Of a stretch of 32,061 bases of DNA, positions 19,245-25,618 are shown one piece after another. The DNA lies in IMG/VR virus record IMGVR_UViG_3300033076_000088, positions 1 to 32,061 of that record; one strand, 5' to 3'. Below the pieces are notes generated by a model, which was not told the origin of the DNA, ran no database searches, and saw nothing but the letters and a program-made list of their open reading frames with translations. Made by a program: the position numbers and the translations under genes. Origin of the DNA: a virus (lineage: Duplodnaviria; Caudoviricetes). The number at the start of each line of letters is the position of its first letter. Position 1 is the first letter of the stretch.

Positions 19245-19426
19245 TGTTCAATCTCCAAAGTAACTTTACATTCATCCGACAAACCAAATCCATTGTCGGC
19301 ACAATACATTTCAATTTTGTCACTCAATTTTTGATAAAGATGAGATTCAACATCCACCAAAGGCACTTTTGCGTTTACTGCAATGTATGCCTCAAATGTG
19401 ACTTTTACAATTTCAAACTTCTTCAT
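19241..19426 (-). CDS. Hypothetical protein inserted between ERF and the exonuclease
   Basis: ATGA overlaps on both sides; AT-rich. Confidence 0.6.
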   Translation of the reverse strand: MKKFEIVKVTFEAYIAVNAKVPLVDVESHLYQKLSDKIEMYCADNGFGLSDECKVTLEIEQ

Positions 19427-19977
19427 GCCAAACTCGCTTTCTTTTCGTCTTTGGCTGCAATGATTTTCTTCTGCCAGTTGGCATCAGTACCACAAGCCTT
19501 GTAAGCCTCTGTGTATGCCTTTTTGAGTTCGTCTGATGTTTTAGCGTCTTGGATAGCAACCAGGTGGTCAGCCATCAAGTTTGAATCAACCGTAGTCTTT
19601 TCTGGGCGTGATGCTCGATTGCCATCATCATCTTCTGGTGCAATACCGCAAGCAGCCATAAGCGAGTAACGGCGACCATAAGTGAGCGCAGAAGCGTAGC
19701 CTTGTGGGTCTTTCTTGGTGGCAGGGAAGTGAACAATCCCGCACTCCAACATTTCGCCTGATTCGTGAACAAACACAGTCTCAACCATGATGCCATCAGG
19801 ACAATCGTAGTTCTTTTGGAGAAGGAAAATCCCGTTGTCGTTCAAAGCGTCAATGACTGCCTCAACACAAGCTGACAGATCAGCGTACTTGGAACGGAAG
19901 TGGGGATTGGTTGAGGTCTTGAGCGCAGGGCCAAAGGCTTTCTGTGCTTTGACAAGGGCGGTGGCAATGTTCTTCAT
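19423..19977 (-). CDS. erf: ERF family single-strand annealing protein
   Basis: K...NPHF.SKYADL, HESGE and QGYASALTYGRRYSL.A..GI..EDDDGN signature. Confidence 0.92.
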   Translation of the reverse strand: MKNIATALVKAQKAFGPALKTSTNPHFRSKYADLSACVEAVIDALNDNGIFLLQKNYDCPDGIMVETVFVHESGEMLECGIVHFPATKKDPQGYASALTYGRRYSLMAACGIAPEDDDGNRASRPEKTTVDSNLMADHLVAIQDAKTSDELKKAYTEAYKACGTDANWQKKIIAAKDEKKASLA

Positions 19978-20169
19978 TTACTTACTCCAAAAAAATACAT
20001 CTAATGCAACAACAACAAGGGCGGCAACGCTGACAGCAATCATCACTTTGTCAACCAGTCTCAGACCGTTGTAAGGCTTCTCAATGGCTGCGCCGTATTC
20101 CATCGTGTTGCGGAACGCCTGGTTAAGCGTGTTGGGGAATTTGCGGGTGGTTGGGTTGTTATCAGTCAT
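19978..20169 (-). CDS. Small protein with a C-terminal TM helix
   Basis: TTRKFP.TL..AF....YGAAIE followed by a hydrophobic C-terminus. Confidence 0.6.
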   Translation of the reverse strand: MTDNNPTTRKFPNTLNQAFRNTMEYGAAIEKPYNGLRLVDKVMIAVSVAALVVVALDVFFWSK

Positions 20170-20386
20170 ACATCTTCTCCAAGGCTAAGTCCAAAGCAAA
20201 GTCAGCGTTGCGCTTCTTAACGTGCTTGAGATATTGGGATTCAAATTCTTCAATGACAGACTGAGACAACAGGTTGTAAATGCAGTCGTCACCGATCATG
20301 CAGAAATGCAACGAACCTGTGTATTCGTCAAAGTGACACTCAAGCTGTGCGCTTGAATCGTGGTGTGTGAGTTTCAAAGTTTCCAT
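20162..20386 (-). CDS. Hypothetical early protein
   Basis: Strong SD AGGAG within the 17-bp repeat. Confidence 0.65.
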   Translation of the reverse strand: METLKLTHHDSSAQLECHFDEYTGSLHFCMIGDDCIYNLLSQSVIEEFESQYLKHVKKRNADFALDLALEKMYD

Positions 20387-20400
20387 CTAATTACTCCTAA

Positions 20401-20547
20401 TCAAGCCTGAAAGATTTGGCAATGGCAACCACGTTTCACCATGAGTGAAACAAAGCCAAGTGCTTTTGTGATTGATGTGAACTCAATGCGTGACCAATCG
20501 CCTTGAGTGTTTGTGGTGTTGAACTCAACAATGTATGTGCGTTTCAT
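20401..20547 (-). CDS. First gene of the leftward early operon (48 aa)
   Basis: Hand translation MKRTYIVEFNTTNTQGDWSRIEFTSITKALGFVSLMVKRGCHCQIFQA; strong SD; not in the ORF track. Confidence 0.65.
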   Translation of the reverse strand: MKRTYIVEFNTTNTQGDWSRIEFTSITKALGFVSLMVKRGCHCQIFQA

Positions 20548-20593
20548 CTAATTACTCCTAAGTTAGCGCCAAGGGGTTTAGCGCATGAATGTG

Positions 20594-20678
20594 ACTGTAA
20601 AGCAAAATTAACAAAAAAAGAAGGGGTTTGGCAAATATTTTTATTTGTGTTGTATTTTTGCTAATCTGCCTTTACAAT
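20594..20678. promoter_or_regulatory. Divergent early promoters with two operator-like 18-bp palindromes
   Basis: Rightward TTGTAT(20650-20655)-17-TACAAT(20673-20678); leftward -10 TACAGT (20594-20599); sites TGTAAA-N6-TTAACA (20596-20613) and TGCTAA-N6-TTTACA (20659-20676). Confidence 0.65.
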
Positions 20679-20684
20679 CTAGCC

Positions 20685-20846
20685 ATGACCAAGGCACAAC
20701 TTATCACACTAGCAGGCTCACAGGCTGAGCTAGCCAGGCTTCTTAAAGTCTCCCGAGCCGCCGTTTGCCAATGGAAAGACATTCCCAAGGCAAGAATCTG
20801 GCAGCTTATGGTTCTACGCCCCCAATGGTTTGAGGTAATTGAATGA
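20685..20846 (+). CDS. Cro-like helix-turn-helix regulator (53 aa)
   Basis: GSQAELARLLKVSRAAVCQW..IP..R HTH; first gene of the rightward operon. Confidence 0.85.
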   Translation: MTKAQLITLAGSQAELARLLKVSRAAVCQWKDIPKARIWQLMVLRPQWFEVIE

Positions 20847-20959
20847 CAGATCAACCTAAACTTTGCATTGATTGCAAGCACTACATCGTTAACCAACAGA
20901 AACAGCCCTGCAAGGAATGTTTGCTGAAACAAGGCATTTTCTGGTTAAAAAAGGCTTGA
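20843..20959 (+). CDS. 38-aa zinc-finger microprotein
   Basis: MTDQPKLCIDCKHYIVNQQKQPCKECLLKQGIFWLKKA (2x CxxC); GAGG SD and ATGA coupling to the cro-like gene. Confidence 0.55.
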   Translation: MTDQPKLCIDCKHYIVNQQKQPCKECLLKQGIFWLKKA

Positions 20960-20981
20960 CAAAGAAAAATCTGTGTATAAT
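20956..20981 (+). promoter_or_regulatory. Probable promoter for the structured leader
   Basis: Perfect TTGACA (20956-20961) and TATAAT (20976-20981), but the spacer is only 14 bp, which is non-canonical. Confidence 0.45.
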
Positions 20982-20996
20982 CCAAACTGTCAAAGA

Positions 20997-21107
20997 GTGG
21001 CATCAATGACACAAGAGCCGTTAGTTCAGACTCCGACCCCGAATGGGGTTCCAATTTTCTTTACGGAAAGTTGTGATGCCACCGGGGTCTGAACCAACGG
21101 CTTTTTT
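20997..21107 (+). ncRNA. Cloverleaf-like RNA resembling C4/CI-type phage antisense/attenuator RNAs, ending in a U-tract
   Basis: 20-bp closing stem 21016-21035/21083-21102; two inner hairpins; unpaired TGATGCCAC (21074-21082) is the exact complement of upstream GTGGCATCA (20997-21005). Confidence 0.65.
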
Positions 21108-21120
21108 GTTGCCTTTTTTT

Positions 21121-21303
21121 GACCGTCAGGGCGCGTTAGCTGATGGTCTGCATGGACTGAACCCAAGAAACACCGACACAGCGATACACCCCGCTGCTTG
21201 CCGACCAGCGTTGATTGAGCGACTGGTAAAGGATTGGGTACAACGGTGGAAACAAGGCCCTTTCTATAAGCGAATCAATCCGTCAAGCGCACTTGGTTTT
21301 TTT
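21121..21303 (+). ncRNA. Candidate multi-stem structured RNA upstream of the replication-like gene
   Basis: Stems 21121-21129/21140-21148, 21179-21183/21192-21196 and 21204-21212/21218-21227; long-range complements 21171-21175/21244-21248 and 21211-21216/21273-21278; 3' T-run. Confidence 0.45.
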
Positions 21304-21382
21304 GTTGTTTTAGATGAACTTAGAAGGAATGAAGATGAACAAAAGAATGGAGAAGGTGGTTCATTCCACCCTTGGAGAACCT

Positions 21383-21760
21383 ATGCCTGAATTATTTAAG
21401 ACTGGCTTTGAAAGATTTTGGGATGCCTGGCCTCGATCAACCCGAAAAGGTGGAAAGTCAGAGTGCCAAAAGAAATGGGTCAAGCTGTACTGTGAGACTC
21501 ATGCCGACCAAATCATCAAGCACGTTGAGTGGATGAAAACAACCGACCAATGGCGCAAGTCAGACGGGGCTTTTATTCCTGCGCCACTTGTCTATCTGAA
21601 CCAACAAAGATGGGATGGGGCTGAGATTCCTGAAGAACCGACCCGCGAATACGTTGACCCTGCTTTAACAAAGATTCAAGAAGATAGAAACAAAGCCGCC
21701 CCGATGCCGCCAGAAATCAGGGCAAAGATTGCAGAATTATTGAAAGGAAAGGTGGCATGA
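21383..21760 (+). CDS. Replication-initiator-like protein (C-terminal-type domain only, 125 aa)
   Basis: FERFWDAWP...RK..K....KKW and FIPAPLVYLNQQRWD motifs seen at the C-termini of phage replication proteins; GGAG SD before ATG 21383. Confidence 0.6.
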   Translation: MPELFKTGFERFWDAWPRSTRKGGKSECQKKWVKLYCETHADQIIKHVEWMKTTDQWRKSDGAFIPAPLVYLNQQRWDGAEIPEEPTREYVDPALTKIQEDRNKAAPMPPEIRAKIAELLKGKVA

Positions 21761-22608
21761 ATGAGTTGGCTTTATTCGCAGGCGCTGGTGGGGGCATTCT
21801 TGGGGGAAAACTTCTCGGATGGCGAACAGTCTGCGCCGTTGAATGGGAACCTTATCCAGCAAGCGTACTGTGCGCCCGACAAAATGACGGACTTCTCCCG
21901 CCTTTCCCGATTTGGGATGATATTCAAACCTTTGACGGAAACCCATGGGCAGGAATTGTTGACGTCGTATCTGGCGGCTTTCCATGCCAAGACATCTCAT
22001 CAGCAGGAAAAGGCGCAGGAATTGATGGAGAGCGAAGCGGAATGTGGAGAGAAATGGCGCGCATCATTCACGAAGTACGACCCAGATACGTCTTTGTGGA
22101 GAACTCACCAATGCTCACTTCTAGGGGACTTGGAACCGTTCTCGGAGACTTGGCCTCAATGGGGTTTGATGCGAGATGGGGAGTGTTGGGAGCAGCTAAC
22201 GTTGGAGCGCCACATCAGAGGGACAGAATCTGGATTGTCGGAAAAGCTACCAACTCCTCAATCAACGGACTACCGAGACAAACCGACAAGCAAATCATGG
22301 AAAGCCAAAGGGGGAGTGAACTTCAGCTTGGCGAACCCAGAAATTCAAAAGAAATGGCCTACACCAGTTCGGTCAGATCACGAAATGAGGCGACCAACGG
22401 CGAAATGGAAGGGAACCTCGGATTTAGTCTCGGTGGTGTGGACAGAGACTGGTGGCAGAGAGAACCCGAATCAACCCCCCGCACTACTGAACGCAACCTG
22501 GGTGGAATGGTTGATGGGGTGGCCTCTAGAGTGGACAGACTTAAAGCCATTGGAAATGGACAAGTCCCCCTCTGTGCCGCAACCGCATGGAGAATCTTAA
22601 GCCAATGA
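21757..22608 (+). CDS. C5-cytosine DNA methyltransferase, catalytic (alpha-type) polypeptide
   Basis: Motif I LFAGAGG, IV GGFPCQD, VI FVENS, VIII PHQRDRIWI and X RLKAIGNG; no motif IX in this frame. Confidence 0.9.
   Translation: MNELALFAGAGGGILGGKLLGWRTVCAVEWEPYPASVLCARQNDGLLPPFPIWDDIQTFDGNPWAGIVDVVSGGFPCQDISSAGKGAGIDGERSGMWREMARIIHEVRPRYVFVENSPMLTSRGLGTVLGDLASMGFDARWGVLGAANVGAPHQRDRIWIVGKATNSSINGLPRQTDKQIMESQRGSELQLGEPRNSKEMAYTSSVRSRNEATNGEMEGNLGFSLGGVDRDWWQREPESTPRTTERNLGGMVDGVASRVDRLKAIGNGQVPLCAATAWRILSQ
21761..22600 (+). CDS. Nested +1-frame polypeptide, probable methyltransferase beta subunit
   Basis: 279 stop-free codons with their own ATG and SD; two [LW]PTP..[ST]D units and motif IX-like LNATWVEWLMGWPLEWTD. 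Confidence 0.7.
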   Translation: MSWLYSQALVGAFLGENFSDGEQSAPLNGNLIQQAYCAPDKMTDFSRLSRFGMIFKPLTETHGQELLTSYLAAFHAKTSHQQEKAQELMESEAECGEKWRASFTKYDPDTSLWRTHQCSLLGDLEPFSETWPQWGLMRDGECWEQLTLERHIRGTESGLSEKLPTPQSTDYRDKPTSKSWKAKGGVNFSLANPEIQKKWPTPVRSDHEMRRPTAKWKGTSDLVSVVWTETGGRENPNQPPALLNATWVEWLMGWPLEWTDLKPLEMDKSPSVPQPHGES

Positions 22609-22865
22609 ACTACTACCAAGCCCACAACATTCTTGACGAAGTGCGTGAAGGCGCACAGTACTCACAAGCAACGATCAATAAAGCGTTGGAATTGACAGGC
22701 GATTATGGATTTTCAAGACTTGAGAAAAAAAACAATCGAGTGGTATGCCAAATTAGCAATTCAGAAGGGTTGGACAGCGTATGCCAAACATCAAGTTTTG
22801 GAGATGGAGAAAGACGAATCGGGTCTTTGGGTGGGGCTATATGCCGAAGTCAAACAACGAGTTGA
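22605..22865 (+). CDS. Hypothetical protein; 3' half overlaps the next gene
   Basis: ATGA-coupled to the methyltransferase; MNYYQAHNILDEVREG...INKALELTGD. Confidence 0.5.
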   Translation: MNYYQAHNILDEVREGAQYSQATINKALELTGDYGFSRLEKKNNRVVCQISNSEGLDSVCQTSSFGDGERRIGSLGGAICRSQTTS

Positions 22866-22881
22866 GGAACTAAAAAAATGA
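22705..22881 (+). CDS. Hypothetical protein (58 aa)
   Basis: Hand translation MDFQDLRKKTIEWYAKLAIQKGWTAYAKHQVLEMEKDESGLWVGLYAEVKQRVEELKK; its stop overlaps the next ATG. Confidence 0.55.
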   Translation: MDFQDLRKKTIEWYAKLAIQKGWTAYAKHQVLEMEKDESGLWVGLYAEVKQRVEELKK

Positions 22882-23000
22882 AATTTATAGCCCGACTATG
22901 CGCTATCTGCGGAAAGTCTAAATCAGCCCTTGGCGGCAAGATTGTCAAGCGTGGCGGTATTCGTCAATGGATTTGCAAAGCCTGCGTGGAAGAAAAATGA
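22878..23000 (+). CDS. 40-aa zinc-finger microprotein
   Basis: MKFIARLCAICGKSKSALGGKIVKRGGIRQWICKACVEEK; GAGG SD; ATGA at both ends. Confidence 0.6.
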   Translation: MKFIARLCAICGKSKSALGGKIVKRGGIRQWICKACVEEK

Positions 23001-23263
23001 GATACGCCGCCCGAGTTGACGCAAACCAAGAACAGGTCGTTTCAGCCCTAAGAGCCGCTGGCGCTTACGTTTGGATTATTGGCCTGCCTGTTGACCTTTT
23101 GGTGGGTTACAAGGGTCACACATTCCTGATGGAAGTCAAAGATGGCTCTAAAAAGCGTTTAACGAAGCTACAAGAGGCTTTTTTTGAAAATTGGTGCGGG
23201 GCAACAGTCTGCCGTGTTGATGGCCCTGAAGCCGCTTTAAGAATGATTGGAGTGATTAGATGA
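22997..23263 (+). CDS. Small PD-(D/E)xK nuclease (VRR-NUC / resolvase-like)
   Basis: RVDANQ..VV.ALR..G, PVDLLVG, LMEVKD and LT..Q..F motifs. Confidence 0.7.
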   Translation: MRYAARVDANQEQVVSALRAAGAYVWIIGLPVDLLVGYKGHTFLMEVKDGSKKRLTKLQEAFFENWCGATVCRVDGPEAALRMIGVIR

Positions 23264-23592
23264 ATGAACCAAACAAGGCCGTGGACTACATCCTGAAGTA
23301 TTCGGCTCAATACGCCAAAGCCAAAAGCCAACGGGTTTATCTTGAGGAATTTAGAAAAACCAAAAAAGCCCTGTTGATGAAAGAGGCGCTAACCCTTGGG
23401 GTGGAAGCGGCAAACGCCCAAGAAAGAGAAGCCTACGCCCATCCTGAATACCAAGAACTTCTGAAAGGTTTGGCTGCGGCAATAGAAACAGAAGAAACCC
23501 TCAAATGGAATTTGGAAGCTGCCCGAATGAGAACGGACATTTGGAGAACAGAACAAGCCAACAACCGCATGACTGACAAGGTGACACAATGA
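23260..23592 (+). CDS. Helical phage protein (110 aa)
   Basis: AKAK..R.YLEEFRK.KKA.LM...AQEREAYAHPEY...WRT.QA..R; GGAG SD. Confidence 0.65.
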   Translation: MNEPNKAVDYILKYSAQYAKAKSQRVYLEEFRKTKKALLMKEALTLGVEAANAQEREAYAHPEYQELLKGLAAAIETEETLKWNLEAARMRTDIWRTEQANNRMTDKVTQ

Positions 23593-23834
23593 CACAAGAT
23601 GAAATCATTGAGATGGCTAGACGGGCTGGCGTTGATATGTCGCTTGGCGAACATTGGAGTTTTTTCATCGAAGAACTTGAAGCCTTTGCCAAACTGGTAG
23701 CAGCTAAAGAGCGTGAGGCGTGTGCAAAGTTGTGTGATGACAAACATCACACATGGCGGTGGGATGACGAGCCTAATTCATCCAGCGGCCCCCGCGACTG
23801 CGCCGCCGCAATCCGAGCAAGAGGTGAAGCATGA
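23589..23834 (+). CDS. Modular accessory protein
   Basis: MTQDEIIEMAR.AG...LEAFAKLVAAKEREACAKLCD...CAAAIRARG. Confidence 0.7.
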   Translation: MTQDEIIEMARRAGVDMSLGEHWSFFIEELEAFAKLVAAKEREACAKLCDDKHHTWRWDDEPNSSSGPRDCAAAIRARGEA

Positions 23835-24289
23835 GAAAGCAATGCCGCCGCAAAGTTTGGTCTACCGCCATAAACCCAATTGCTCACGCTATGGCTGGCG
23901 CTGCCGTAACTGACGAATCAAGCCTAAACAAGCTGAGACTTGGTGAGTTATCCGCTTTAGAAGCCATGAGAATGGGAAAAGGAACGCTAGAAGATTGGCG
24001 TTTATTGGTGGATATGCTGAACATCACTCAGACCTTTATCCGACACGGGATTGGCCCTGAAGCCAGAGAGGACTGCCAAAAGGCTCAAGAAAGCCTCTAT
24101 AACGCCGCCAAACGCTATGAAAAGACTAAGCGCATGGGTTTGGATGGAGTTGGCATAAAAGCCCTGCAAGAAGTCCATACCTGGCATGACCTGCAACGGA
24201 CTAGCGTAGCCAGATCGGTCTATGAGGACATGATTGAAAAAACCCGCAACTACATCAAATCCAAAGGTCGCGAAGTGGTTGAGATATGA
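23831..24289 (+). CDS. Hypothetical protein (152 aa)
   Basis: GAGG SD and ATGA overlaps; no recognised domain. Confidence 0.7.
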   Translation: MRKQCRRKVWSTAINPIAHAMAGAAVTDESSLNKLRLGELSALEAMRMGKGTLEDWRLLVDMLNITQTFIRHGIGPEAREDCQKAQESLYNAAKRYEKTKRMGLDGVGIKALQEVHTWHDLQRTSVARSVYEDMIEKTRNYIKSKGREVVEI

Positions 24290-24600
24290 TTCCCAAATTT
24301 CACTATTTCAGGTCAAAAAAGCACCTAAAGAATGTGGCTTCCCTGCCCTGTCAGGTCTGTGGATTAGAAGGAAGCACCCAAGCCGCCCACTCAAACCAAG
24401 CCAAACACGGCAAAGGCAGGGGTATCAAGGCAAGTGACGAATACACCGCTGCCCTATGCTTTAGGCATCATTTCCTAATAGATCAGGGACAGAGTTTGAC
24501 CAAAGAGGAAAGGGTGGATATGTGGGATAAAGCCCACAAAAAGACGATAGAAGCCCTATTGGAGAGGGGTCTATGGCCTAGAGAGATTCAATCCCGATGA
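24286..24600 (+). CDS. Zn-binding HNH-like protein (DUF968/Ref-like)
   Basis: RSKKHL..VASLPCQVCG, AAHSN, GKG.GIKASD and LCFRHH motifs. Confidence 0.65.
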   Translation: MIPKFHYFRSKKHLKNVASLPCQVCGLEGSTQAAHSNQAKHGKGRGIKASDEYTAALCFRHHFLIDQGQSLTKEERVDMWDKAHKKTIEALLERGLWPREIQSR

Positions 24601-24755
24601 GCCTTGTCAAGCCCTTGGGACTCATGTTTTTTGAGTTCTTTCTCAACCTTTTCAATGCGGCGCATTTCTTCTTTGTGTTCACGCACAGACTCATAATGGC
24701 CTGTGGGGGTTGGGCGATAATTCTTTTTTTCGGTGATCTTAAAATTTGTAGCCAT
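24588..24755 (-). CDS. 55-aa charged protein on the opposite strand
   Basis: MATNFKITEKKNYRPTPTGHYESVREHKEEMRRIEKVEKELKKHESQGLDKAHRD; AGGAG SD upstream; not in the ORF track. Confidence 0.6.
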   Translation of the reverse strand: MATNFKITEKKNYRPTPTGHYESVREHKEEMRRIEKVEKELKKHESQGLDKAHRD

Positions 24756-24777
24756 TGGAAAAACTCCTATAATGTGA

Positions 24778-24807
24778 TTGACAATTATGCCCCGATGGGC
24801 GTAAAGT
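24778..24807 (+). promoter_or_regulatory. Sigma70-type promoter, probably for the late operon, with a palindromic spacer
   Basis: TTGACA(24778-24783)-18-TAAAGT(24802-24807); TTATGCCC/GGGCGTAA inverted repeat inside. Confidence 0.55.
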
Positions 24808-24835
24808 CACCAAACAACTTCCTAAAGGAAAAATC

Positions 24836-25051
24836 ATGGGCAAAATGGATTCAAGCAAAGGCATCCCAAGCACCACAGGCGCAACAGCCCCTAAAGGTGC
24901 AACATCTTCTGACCGTAGCGGTGAGCGCATGGAAAAAATGCGTGGCGGCGTGGCTCAAGGCAAAGAAGATGCAATTGGTTCGGACAAACTGTTCAACACA
25001 GGCCGCACCGCAGGTATTTGCTACACTAAGACCCGTAGTCAGTATCGTTAA
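24836..25051 (+). CDS. Small Gly/Lys-rich protein
   Basis: AAGGA SD; first gene after the promoter. Confidence 0.65.
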   Translation: MGKMDSSKGIPSTTGATAPKGATSSDRSGERMEKMRGGVAQGKEDAIGSDKLFNTGRTAGICYTKTRSQYR

Positions 25052-25056
25052 AAAGC

Positions 25057-25118
25057 GAAGCCTCTGCAACCGTGAAGGGATTGCAAAGGCTTCTAACCAA
25101 ACAACTGAAAAGGAGTTG
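25057..25118 (+). promoter_or_regulatory. Two hairpins upstream of the HNH gene, the second covering its SD
   Basis: GAAGCCT.TGCAA/TTGCA.AGGCTTC stem (25057-25093); CAACT/AGTTG (25102-25106/25114-25118) enclosing AAGGAG. Confidence 0.55.
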
Positions 25119-25120
25119 AA

Positions 25121-25618
25121 ATGGCTGAGTCAGATTTTAGCTTGACGAAAGATTTACTTCACGAACTGTTTGAGTATCGTGATGGTTTCCTATTTTGGAA
25201 AATTGCCAGACCCCATGTCAAAGTTGGTCAAAAAGCAGGCACACAGGGTGATCGTGGCTATTGGAAGATAACGATTGCGAACCGAATGTATAGGGCGCAT
25301 CGCATTATTTTCCTATATCACCACGGTTATTTGCCTACTGAAATTGACCATATTGATGGCGATAGGCAAAACAACAGGATTAAGAATTTACGCCCTGCAA
25401 CCCGTTCGCAAAACCTGTCAAACAAGGGTTTGTCAAACAACAACACATCAGGCGCTAAAAATGTGTCTTGGTGTAAAGAACGGAAAAAATGGGAAGTTCA
25501 GATGTATGTCAACAAGAAAAAGACATACGTTGGCAGATTTGATGATTTAGAAGTCGCAAAAGCTGCCGCAACTGCCTTTAGAAACCAAAATCTAGGGGAG
25601 TTTGCTAATCATGGTTAA
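25121..25618 (+). CDS. HNH homing endonuclease with an AP2-like C-terminal DNA-binding domain
   Basis: YRAHRII...IDHIDGDRQNNRIKNLR, then NTSG.K.V.W....KKW......YVGRFDD...A. Confidence 0.9.
   Translation: MAESDFSLTKDLLHELFEYRDGFLFWKIARPHVKVGQKAGTQGDRGYWKITIANRMYRAHRIIFLYHHGYLPTEIDHIDGDRQNNRIKNLRPATRSQNLSNKGLSNNNTSGAKNVSWCKERKKWEVQMYVNKKKTYVGRFDDLEVAKAAATAFRNQNLGEFANHG

Larger units (their letters stand above)
18316..20561 (-). repeat. Three identical 17-bp translation-initiation boxes TTAGGAGTAATTAGATG
   Basis: Plus-strand CATCTAATTACTCCTAA at 18316-18332, 20384-20400 and 20545-20561, each ending at a start codon. Confidence 0.9.

Noticed and set aside
17114-20561. Short direct repeats read as a CRISPR array or att sites
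   Set aside because: Only 2-3 copies, irregular gene-sized spacing, located at gene ends or starts; no cas or integrase gene
21016-21102. Cloverleaf read as a tRNA
   Set aside because: No T-loop GTTCRA in position, no 7-nt anticodon loop, no CCA, and the closing stem is far too long
21043-21390. 115-aa ORF across the structured leader
   Set aside because: Starts inside a hairpin with no SD and has no protein-like motifs; the region is better explained by RNA structure
22725-22732. A8 run as a programmed frameshift joining the 22605 and 22705 ORFs
   Set aside because: The downstream ORF has its own ATG before the run and I see no stimulatory structure; it cannot be supported from sequence alone
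24597-25145. 182-aa plus-strand ORF
   Set aside because: Crosses a promoter, an antisense gene with a strong SD and the 24836 gene; the sequence looks like a shadow frame
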